A program made the position numbers and the translations under genes. The notes beneath the pieces were generated by a model, which worked only from the letters and a program-made list of their open reading frames with translations, was not told the origin of the DNA and did not search any database. Positions 56,529-64,000 of a stretch of 64,000 bases of DNA are shown piece by piece. The stretch is from a virus. Positions within the stretch are counted from its first letter, which is position 1. Each line of letters begins with the position of its first letter. Location: IMG/VR virus record IMGVR_UViG_3300044695_001206, positions 3,411-67,410 of that record, one strand, 5' to 3'.

Positions 56529-59500
56529 TTAAGTATCAATAGTTGTATACTTCTGTTTGAACTTGCCCTTGAATTCCATGTTTGTAATGTTTACTGGAGT
56601 AGGGTATTCACTGGAAATAGATATTGTAGTTGAATCTGAATAGCCCATAATCTTTGTAACAAACTCTCCTTGAACTTGGAAAATCTCAAGTGGAAGAGTA
56701 TCTTCGTAGGCTGTATATTCAGGTCTAGTTGGAATATAGCTTGTAGTAAATGCAGTTCTTCCTCTATGAGTAACTTCAATATCATATGGGCCTGTGTAGT
56801 AATGTCTAAAGACAGCACTACGAATATTCAAGACACCATCAATAATATTGTTATTCTCACCTCTAATAAATAGTGTACTAAGTTCTACTCGCATCTTATA
56901 CTTAATGCCGATATAGACATAGTAATTTGGTACTGCATAGTCTGCACCAAGAACTACAATTTCTGTGTATGGATTAGAACTAGCATCTACTTTGTTTGTT
57001 ACAGATAGTGGTTGAATAGCAACATTGCTTAAATCTTCTGAGTCTGTTTCCCATCCTTTAAACAAGACTACAAAGTATTTAGATATATCTGTAATATCAG
57101 TATGTCCGGGCAATCTATAAGTAGTACTCGCTGTATAAGGATCATAGTCAGCATTGTAATTAGTAGGTTGTATTGTACTATTAATAATCTTCATCTTAAA
57201 CATACGATCAAGACGAGGTACATATACATCCTCATTTAACATTAAGTTTCTATATAGATAGTAAACATAAGTACCAGAATCTTGGCTTGTCTCTCTTTTA
57301 CTTACGACATACATATAGTTATCATAGCATTGAAGAGTTTCAATAGATTCCTGATCATCTAAAATATATCTATAGAAAGAGTTTTGAATAACCCGATCAC
57401 CACTGAATCTATTAATATAACCATAGATATGGTTGGGCTGATCGTCATCTACAAACAGCAAAGTATCCTGAGCTGGAGCCGTGGCTGCAGCACGATACTT
57501 TCGGGGAAGATAGCCAGCAGCTTGGCTGGATACTTCGACAGCCGAGGCAAAGCCCATGTTTCCCTTGCCTGTAAACAGGAACAGACGCTGCGAGTCAAAG
57601 AAATATAGTCGTGATCCAATGAACTGAGGATCAAGAATAGGAGCAGTAGAGTAATAAGTTACTGGAGCTACTGCGACATTGCTTGGTGAAATTTCAGCAT
57701 CAGATGCACCAGCTAACTGGAACTGTGTATTTGCCTTTGTGTTGATAAACATATAATCTTCAAACGGAGTCATGCTTGTGATTTCACAATAGTTATTTGA
57801 AGAGACACGAATATCAATAGGGTCTGTACTTACAATATTAGAAGGATCGTCATAAAATAGGTTTTCATATTCACCCATTTGTGATGAAAATACAACATCA
57901 TCTGCAGCAAACCAAAGTCTATCTTTGAATACTGCAATGCTTGTAATAGGAACCTGTCTTAATGACTTTCTATCAACAGTCTTGAAGATACTTGGACCGG
58001 GATTAGATCGCTTGTCACCACTAGTTCTAGCAGTCCATTTGATTGGCTCCATGTTCCATGTAGTTACATTGGAAGCATTAATTGTTACCACAAGCTTTTG
58101 TGGCATTCGTCTTGGATCAATGTAAGAATGCTCGTCTGGTGTTCTTACCTTTTGCAGATAAGGGCGACCATCGGTTGTGATTTCTGTTGTATGTACAATA
58201 ATACCTGTTGTTCCACTTGTCTTATAGATACCTTTAAGCGGATCTGTTGCATCATAGTAAAACTTCTGTTCTGTTGGATTCCAAGAAATAACTCTATAGA
58301 AACCAGAGGTAGAGTTTAAATAGGGATTAACCATAAAGAAAACTTTACCACGACCGTCAATAATATTGTTTAAGTCTGTATCAGCGTCGTACAGAGATCT
58401 AAGCATTTCTCTTGCTTTAGTATCTGTAGTTGTTGTTAGCTTAGAATTATTGCTATACCAGTCATCTGCTTCTGGTGGTAGTTTTACATCAGAAAGATCG
58501 TCTACCTTTTGACCAAGATACTGTTTATCTGATTCAAAATAAAAATAATCATCTACTGAAATATAATTAGCAGTCTGTATTACAATAGAATAAACAGAAG
58601 AAGAAGTTGGTGTTACAGTCCAAGTGCCAGAAATAGTAGCAACTTTGGTTGTGCCATTATAAGCTGTTATTACTTTACTTTGACCAGAGCCTGTACCAGA
58701 TGTAATTGTTATTGTTTGGCCAATATACGCACCATCAGTAGTAGAAGCAAAAGAATCTAAAGTAATTGAACTAGAAGTACCAGCAGTAGCCGTTCCTTGT
58801 ACATTCTGTACACTTAGATCTACTGAAAATCTAGATTCATTTGTTGTGTGAGGGCTTAAATTAGCACCATAAATATCAGCTTGTTTGGTAGCTCCATTAT
58901 AGTTTTTAATCCATCTTGTCTGACCTATACCCGGACCAGCTGTAACAGTGACTGCATACCAATTATAAGCGTCGTCTACATTAGATGAAGAATCAGACAA
59001 ATGTAAATGAGTAGCAGTTCCTGCTGTTCTGCTTTGTCCTGTATGGACAGCTGGTTTCCATCCTAATAAAATATCATCAGAAGTTTGTGGAAAGCCATCA
59101 TCGCCAGTAGCATATACTCTCATAACTTTAGATGCAGTATAGTAAGTAAGTTTACGACCCTCAATATCATCAGTTACTGTGACATCACCATTGAGATCAA
59201 ATAACTTACCACCAATATCTGAACTAAAGCCAGCTCGTACATTCTTGTTTAGAATGACAACGCTTGATCCTAATGATACAGCCTTAAGAGATTCTTTAGC
59301 TGTCTTGTTATTGGGATTGTGTGTAATGTAAGCTCTAGTAATTGAACTTACTGTACCACTTACATTGGTTTGTGTGTCTGGTGTTAGGTCTTCCCAAGAT
59401 CCTGTAGGGTATACACGGAAGATATAGAATAACTTATCACCATCGACAGTAGCATCAAAATCAATTACAACTAAAAAGGTATTGTCTTCGTTAATGCTAT

Positions 59501-59798
59501 ACCAATAGAACCATAAGTCATGGGTTGGATCGACATCAGCTAATGCGTATAAATCAAGCCGCATTGAATCTAAAGAAATATCCCAAGAAGAAGCCGTAGT
59601 CACGGTTTTCTGCGGAACAATCTCAAAGCCGGGTCGCTTCTCAAAGTTTCGTTCAAGAGACACCAGAGCATTATCAATGTTCTGTGCTTCATTAGGTTGT
59701 CTTCTATTTGGAGACTGTCGCCCTACACTGTTTAAGGTATAAACTGGAATAGTAGTTGTAACTAATCCAGCCCGTGGTCCTCGTCTTCGTATAGCCAT
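56529..59798 (-). CDS. Tail tubular protein B / nozzle (T7 gp12-like)
   Basis: KRPG, MPQKLV, W..R.SGD..SNP.PS, FKDRL, DPID motifs. Confidence 0.9.
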   Translation of the reverse strand: MAIRRRGPRAGLVTTTIPVYTLNSVGRQSPNRRQPNEAQNIDNALVSLERNFEKRPGFEIVPQKTVTTASSWDISLDSMRLDLYALADVDPTHDLWFYWYSINEDNTFLVVIDFDATVDGDKLFYIFRVYPTGSWEDLTPDTQTNVSGTVSSITRAYITHNPNNKTAKESLKAVSLGSSVVILNKNVRAGFSSDIGGKLFDLNGDVTVTDDIEGRKLTYYTASKVMRVYATGDDGFPQTSDDILLGWKPAVHTGQSRTAGTATHLHLSDSSSNVDDAYNWYAVTVTAGPGIGQTRWIKNYNGATKQADIYGANLSPHTTNESRFSVDLSVQNVQGTATAGTSSSITLDSFASTTDGAYIGQTITITSGTGSGQSKVITAYNGTTKVATISGTWTVTPTSSSVYSIVIQTANYISVDDYFYFESDKQYLGQKVDDLSDVKLPPEADDWYSNNSKLTTTTDTKAREMLRSLYDADTDLNNIIDGRGKVFFMVNPYLNSTSGFYRVISWNPTEQKFYYDATDPLKGIYKTSGTTGIIVHTTEITTDGRPYLQKVRTPDEHSYIDPRRMPQKLVVTINASNVTTWNMEPIKWTARTSGDKRSNPGPSIFKTVDRKSLRQVPITSIAVFKDRLWFAADDVVFSSQMGEYENLFYDDPSNIVSTDPIDIRVSSNNYCEITSMTPFEDYMFINTKANTQFQLAGASDAEISPSNVAVAPVTYYSTAPILDPQFIGSRLYFFDSQRLFLFTGKGNMGFASAVEVSSQAAGYLPRKYRAAATAPAQDTLLFVDDDQPNHIYGYINRFSGDRVIQNSFYRYILDDQESIETLQCYDNYMYVVSKRETSQDSGTYVYYLYRNLMLNEDVYVPRLDRMFKMKIINSTIQPTNYNADYDPYTASTTYRLPGHTDITDISKYFVVLFKGWETDSEDLSNVAIQPLSVTNKVDASSNPYTEIVVLGADYAVPNYYVYIGIKYKMRVELSTLFIRGENNNIIDGVLNIRSAVFRHYYTGPYDIEVTHRGRTAFTTSYIPTRPEYTAYEDTLPLEIFQVQGEFVTKIMGYSDSTTISISSEYPTPVNITNMEFKGKFKQKYTTIDT

Positions 59799-60478
59799 TA
59801 AATTCCTCCGGTACGCCAGTACCTAAATCTGTTTGGATCACTGAAGTAACGAGAGCGCATTGCTGCATCTCTTAGAATACTTGAGGATGAAAAGATGTTT
59901 TTCTTCTTATCATTTACATCTGATGCTTTACCTTTGATACTATGCAGTTGTTCCTGATAACCTAAGAAAGCATCGGTTGCTTCATCACCTTGGGTAATAC
60001 TCTGGTAATGGCGCATAGCGGTGGCAAGAATAGCTCGCTGTGCGGTTGTTTCCAGATTCTCCCAAGGGAGTTTCATTGTGTATTCAATATAATAAGGACC
60101 AGATTGATGCTTCCAGATATCTGTGTTATCTGTAATATTCCATAATCTAGCAGGAGAAGAATTAAATAAACCTCTTGCTTTAATGATTGTCATACCATCC
60201 GCAGCAAAATGATTTGAAACTAGCTCAAGTGCTAGAATACCTTCTTCATCGCTGTCTGGTGTAGGAAATACGATTGTACCATCAGCAGTCAATTCATATT
60301 TTTTAATAAACTTATTAGAAGCAAGACCTCTTAACTGGTAGTCAAGACTAGTCTGCTCTAGGATTGTGTTGGCAATTCCAGTATCAATACCTGATTCGCC
60401 TTCTAGGTCGGCTACAAGGTTTTCGCCTGAAGCCAATAGCATTTGATTAATTGCTTGTAACTTAGTAATTAAGCCCAT
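59798..60478 (-). CDS. Tail tubular protein A (T7 gp11-like)
   Basis: TKLQAINQML.A.GE..V..L motif; position after capsid. Confidence 0.88.
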   Translation of the reverse strand: MGLITKLQAINQMLLASGENLVADLEGESGIDTGIANTILEQTSLDYQLRGLASNKFIKKYELTADGTIVFPTPDSDEEGILALELVSNHFAADGMTIIKARGLFNSSPARLWNITDNTDIWKHQSGPYYIEYTMKLPWENLETTAQRAILATAMRHYQSITQGDEATDAFLGYQEQLHSIKGKASDVNDKKKNIFSSSSILRDAAMRSRYFSDPNRFRYWRTGGI

Positions 60479-60500
60479 ATAGCCTCCTTGTTGTTAGAAC

Positions 60501-60540
60501 AAAAAAAACCACCCGGCTCCCACTTAAGGGAGCCGGGGGT
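60501..60540 (-). terminator. T-phi-like terminator after the capsid gene
   Basis: CCCGGCTCCC-CTTAAGT-GGGAGCCGGG followed by TGGTTTTTTTT. Confidence 0.88.
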
Positions 60541-60610
60541 AGATAATGATCACCTCCTCTTCAAACGCGGTTTATAAAGACAAACCCGAAAGTAGAGTGT
60601 GAATCAATCA

Positions 60611-61795
60611 TTAGACTACAGAGAAGTACTCTGCGGCGAAGCCGTTAGCGAGGTTGTTTGCAGCACCGTTCAAGAGTGCGCGTAGATCGCTGCGGCTTGT
60701 AGAACCATCAATACCAACGATAGCACGGCAAAGCTCTGGGCGAACTAGACCAGTACCCTTGAGCATGCTTGCAACGGTGAACTGAGTGTTACGACGAACA
60801 TCAGCAACGGTATCAACCTTCATACCCTGTAGGGATAGACCAGCAACTGCTTCTGGCTGGAAGATAATGCCGTGGAGGTTAACGCCATCGCACTTTAGGT
60901 TGTACTTAGCAGAACCGATGGCAGCACCTTCAAGGTCTGTCTTGGGTAGGTGGTTGCTCTTAACAATCTTTACACCCATGTACTCTAGGCTGTCGGTCAT
61001 GGCGTTCATGCCCATTGAAATGGGCGCACCAGCACCACCAAACTCCTGCGCTCCTGTGAACATTGGAACCTTTGTAAAGGCAGTGGTAGTATCAGCTGAC
61101 TTAGTAATACCAAGAGCACGGATTACTTGGAAGACCTTTGGAGTAACAACGCAGTGAACATTGTTAACCTGTACATCGTTTTCCTGACACTTGACAAGAT
61201 AATCTTCAATACCTTCTAGAACCTTGAGAGCGGTTGTTTCAGTTGCGGCTGAAGGAGCAACAGCACCTACATCAATTGGAGCTTGGAAAGCATTGCTTGT
61301 AAAAGCAGAACCACGGGGATCGTTAGTAATTGGATCTACAGCGCAAGCAGCGAGTAGGGCTACGGCAAGCTGACGATCACGGGTGTTAGCAAGAGTTAGA
61401 CCAGACTGACGAGCTAGCTCAGAGCGGTAATCCCACTGAGTGATGAGCAAGTCAATGTTGTCAGTCTCAAAGTGAGCAGCCATTGGGCGAGCATCAAGGT
61501 TTACCTTGAAGGTACGGCTGGAGTTACCCTTACCTGAAAGCTCTTCACCAGCTTCCCAAGCAGCCTTGAGTTCTACGGTTCCGGTGATTGGGAACTCGTA
61601 AGAGAAACCACCAGAAATTGTTCGGGTGGTGATCATGTTCTCAAACATGTTGTACTGATCGTAGGCGTTGATTACTTCGCCAGACCAGAGTGGGAGCCAG
61701 AGCTTGTTATGACCGAGATTACCGCCAGAAGTTCCAGCGGAGGTTGAAGCGCGGTAAACCATATCGGTTCCGGCTAAGTGATCTGTTAGTGGCAT
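60611..61795 (-). CDS. Major capsid protein (T7 gp10-like)
   Basis: L.L.LWSGEV..AY, RTISGG.S..FP.TG, DYRSEL..Q.G..LA..RD, G.G..RPE motifs. Confidence 0.95.
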   Translation of the reverse strand: MPLTDHLAGTDMVYRASTSAGTSGGNLGHNKLWLPLWSGEVINAYDQYNMFENMITTRTISGGFSYEFPITGTVELKAAWEAGEELSGKGNSSRTFKVNLDARPMAAHFETDNIDLLITQWDYRSELARQSGLTLANTRDRQLAVALLAACAVDPITNDPRGSAFTSNAFQAPIDVGAVAPSAATETTALKVLEGIEDYLVKCQENDVQVNNVHCVVTPKVFQVIRALGITKSADTTTAFTKVPMFTGAQEFGGAGAPISMGMNAMTDSLEYMGVKIVKSNHLPKTDLEGAAIGSAKYNLKCDGVNLHGIIFQPEAVAGLSLQGMKVDTVADVRRNTQFTVASMLKGTGLVRPELCRAIVGIDGSTSRSDLRALLNGAANNLANGFAAEYFSVV

Positions 61796-61975
61796 GTGTT
61801 TATTCCTTTTATAAGTAGACTAAAATTTGAGACAATAATAGAAAGCTCAATCGTTCGATTGTTCCTAAAGGAGTCTACTTGCTTGAGTGAGTTCAGCCAA
61901 GGGCCATCCATTACCACACGGGGGGATTTGCCCATAGGCTGTCCTCAGTCAATCCGCTGTCTCAGGTGCGGATTA
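61796..61975 (-). ncRNA. Structured 5' leader of the capsid gene (three stems plus possible pseudoknot)
   Basis: Complementary pairs AATCCGC/GCGGATT, TGAG-CAGCC-GGGC-ATCC ladder, AAGTAGACT/AGTCTACTT, TGAGACA/TGTCTCA. Confidence 0.5.
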
Positions 61976-62896
61976 TTTGGGTAGTTTTGTAAAATCAGTT
62001 CGTAGCATCCTTTGTTCAACATATTCGCGGAACTTAGGATTAACTTCAAACCGTCTATCATTGCGCTCAGCCATGAATTCACGCTTAGTTTGGTAAGCGG
62101 TAATGCTCTGCTGAGTGCTAGCAATGGGTACTTGACCCTTTGCTGTCTGCTTGGGTTCTGCTGCCTTGCTTGTGCCAGTAGCCTTGGCATACTTAGCTTG
62201 CAAGCCATAGAGAGCAATATCCCAAGCGGGAGAAGCGAGGTTCTGATTAATAGAATTCTGTTCAGCCTGAGTTAGATTCTTACTAGCCCAATCAAACATC
62301 TTGGCAAGTTGATCCTTACCGCCGATGAGATCAGCTGCTTTGGTGTAAGCAATCTCAAGCTTTGCCTTCTGGCCAATCATATATTCATTGATGACCGATT
62401 CAGGAAGGCTAGTCTTCTTCTTAATTGTGTCCAGAGTTTCAGGAGAGAGATCATTGTTAGTAGCGAACTCAACAGTCCACTGCTTCCAATCATCCTCAGT
62501 TGCAACCTGTGGCTCAACCTTGGGTGTCTCTTCTACCTTCTTCTCTGGGATCTTCAGTACCTCTGGTACGACAGGGATTTCTTCCTTGGTAGGAGCAGCC
62601 TCCTGCTTGACTGGGTTTGCTGTAGAGGGGGTCTGCTCGTACTTCTTCTTCAGATCAGCTACCTCTTGCCGTGACTTGGTATATTCCTTTTGGGCATTCT
62701 TGAGGCTTTCAAACCAAGCACCAGCATCCTTGAAATTTTCAGGAACTGCCATGCCTTGGTTTCTTACATAAGCGTCAAAAGCAGCCTTCTCACGGGAGAG
62801 AATAGCATCTTCTGCTGTCGATGTAAGAGATTGTTCCTGTGATACTACTGGAGTCTCTAAGGATTGTTCCATAATATCGGGAGTCTCTTCATTCAT
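61973..62896 (-). CDS. Capsid assembly scaffolding protein (T7 gp9-like)
   Basis: PENFK, GG......M..WA..NL, D.RF..NPKFR..V..RM motifs; acidic; upstream of capsid. Confidence 0.88.
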   Translation of the reverse strand: MNEETPDIMEQSLETPVVSQEQSLTSTAEDAILSREKAAFDAYVRNQGMAVPENFKDAGAWFESLKNAQKEYTKSRQEVADLKKKYEQTPSTANPVKQEAAPTKEEIPVVPEVLKIPEKKVEETPKVEPQVATEDDWKQWTVEFATNNDLSPETLDTIKKKTSLPESVINEYMIGQKAKLEIAYTKAADLIGGKDQLAKMFDWASKNLTQAEQNSINQNLASPAWDIALYGLQAKYAKATGTSKAAEPKQTAKGQVPIASTQQSITAYQTKREFMAERNDRRFEVNPKFREYVEQRMLRTDFTKLPK

Positions 62897-62924
62897 AGTG
62901 TGTATCTTTCGTTAGGGTTTTAAA

Positions 62925-63017
62925 TTAATATGACTTCTTTTTAGCAGCCATCTTTTTTTCAGCTGCCATTTTCTTTACAGCAGCCTTCTTGACTGCTTTC
63001 TTAATTGGTTTCTTCAT
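62925..63017 (-). CDS. Histone-H1-like Lys/Ala peptide MKKPIKKAVKKAAVKKMAAEKKMAAKKKSY
   Basis: Hand-translated; SD AAAGGA; ATGA coupling. Confidence 0.6.
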   Translation of the reverse strand: MKKPIKKAVKKAAVKKMAAEKKMAAKKKSY

Positions 63018-63112
63018 TTCTTTCCTTTCTTTGGGTATACCATTTTCTGAGCATCTTTGCCAGTGCATGTCGTGGTCTTTCCACAATTGCACTTGTATGT
63101 TTTCTTTGCCAT
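63014..63112 (-). CDS. Small basic Cys peptide MAKKTYKCNCGKTTTCTGKDAQKMVYPKKGKK
   Basis: Hand-translated; TAATG coupling; SD AAGGA. Confidence 0.5.
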   Translation of the reverse strand: MAKKTYKCNCGKTTTCTGKDAQKMVYPKKGKK

Positions 63113-63777
63113 TATGCTATCCTTATTCCTATTAATCCTGTTGCGTTAGCACCAGAAGCATTGTTAGGGGTAGTTGCTTTTGCAACATCATTAGTAAGAG
63201 TACCAGCAGCTTGTAAATATATTGTAGTAGTAGTTGCTACTGTTACAATTGCATTACAAGACAGTGATGCAAAGTTATTAGCAACGCTTGCATGATAATG
63301 TTGTGTACTTGCATAATGAGTTGTTCCAGTAGAAATTCGTAGATTATAATTACCAGCTGTTGTTGTTGTTCTTCCTAGTGTTCCAGTACCCATTAATAAC
63401 CAAGTACCAGCAGTAAGAGATACGCTAGCACAATTATAATAAGTATTGGCACTTGTTAAAGTAACATCAGCTGCAGCAAAATTACTTACGCTATTTAAAT
63501 TAGGATATCCACTCAATGATGAATAGTTACCTGATGTAGCTACCGCAGCAAGACCAGTAATGTCACTGGTCGTATGAGTATGTACTAAATCTGCTTTACC
63601 ATTTAAAGCGGTTGGTTTAACTGCGTTATCTGCAACTTGAAGCGCATCATTTGCAGCTTTGGTAGCAGAATCTGTAGATGATTTAACATCTAAGAGTTGT
63701 TGAACAGAAGAAGCAAGCAAACGCTGCAACTTCTTATTCAACAAAGTTTGTTGCTGTAGTTTGCTGTTTAAATTCAT
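63112..63777 (-). CDS. Short fibre/appendage protein (coiled coil, fibre repeat, beta head)
   Basis: KADLVHTHTTSDITGL and LAAVATSGNYSSL fibre motifs; SLTAGTWLL C-terminal domain. Confidence 0.7.
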   Translation of the reverse strand: MNLNSKLQQQTLLNKKLQRLLASSVQQLLDVKSSTDSATKAANDALQVADNAVKPTALNGKADLVHTHTTSDITGLAAVATSGNYSSLSGYPNLNSVSNFAAADVTLTSANTYYNCASVSLTAGTWLLMGTGTLGRTTTTAGNYNLRISTGTTHYASTQHYHASVANNFASLSCNAIVTVATTTTIYLQAAGTLTNDVAKATTPNNASGANATGLIGIRIA

Positions 63778-64000
63778 TATGCAAATACTCTATAGGGAAT
63801 TGCGGGAGGCGGATCGACCTGTGGAAGAGCAGCAATTTGCTCTGCAGTCAGATCAATAGTTACTCTAATATTGGTGTGAAATCTTGAATCAGTAGTTGGT
63901 GCTACCACTTCCTGTCCATTTTCATCCCATTGACCACCTTTGGTAATAGAACCAATGTAATCCACATAGACTCCAGAAACTGGAAGTTTAACTTCCTGCT
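63691..64000. repeat. Imperfect copy of 1-310
   Basis: Direct comparison; 9 substitutions. Confidence 0.95.

Noticed and set aside
472-63295. Plus-strand ORFs in the track (e.g. 19172..19717, 23037..23585, 23952..24539, 39353..39904)
   Set aside because: All are antisense shadows of well-supported minus-strand genes and show no recognisable motifs.

Overview
The window is an essentially complete ~63.7 kb genome of a lytic T7-like podovirus (Autographiviridae-type, single-subunit RNA polymerase). It is opened in the structural module, and bases 1-310 recur imperfectly at 63691-64000. All credible genes lie on the minus strand. Reading from the non-coding, probably terminal region at ~29.3-31.4 kb, the order is: small early genes, a Ser/Thr kinase-like gene, four tRNAs (Ile-UAU, Arg-UCU, Leu-CAA, Lys-UUU), DUF932, RNA polymerase, metallophosphoesterase, a degenerate citrate-synthase-like gene, SSB, RusA, ThyX, deaminase, primase-helicase, PolA, dNMP kinase, exonuclease, dUTPase, class II RNR, portal, small basic proteins, head/tail appendages, scaffold, capsid, tail tubes A/B, fibre, membrane/lysis genes, terminase, a sulfotransferase-like gene, and four internal virion proteins up to 3258 aa. 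Most notable observations: (1) a putative ECF-sigma-like (sigma2+sigma4) segment and a zincin motif inside the giant ejection protein; (2) a four-copy promoter motif AATRGTTGGGGCTA; (3) one 5' arm with two alternative G-U-compatible 3' partners bracketing the first early genes; (4) a pseudoknotted leader upstream of the capsid gene; (5) a citrate-synthase homologue lacking catalytic residues. All calls come from motif recognition by eye; no database searches were run.
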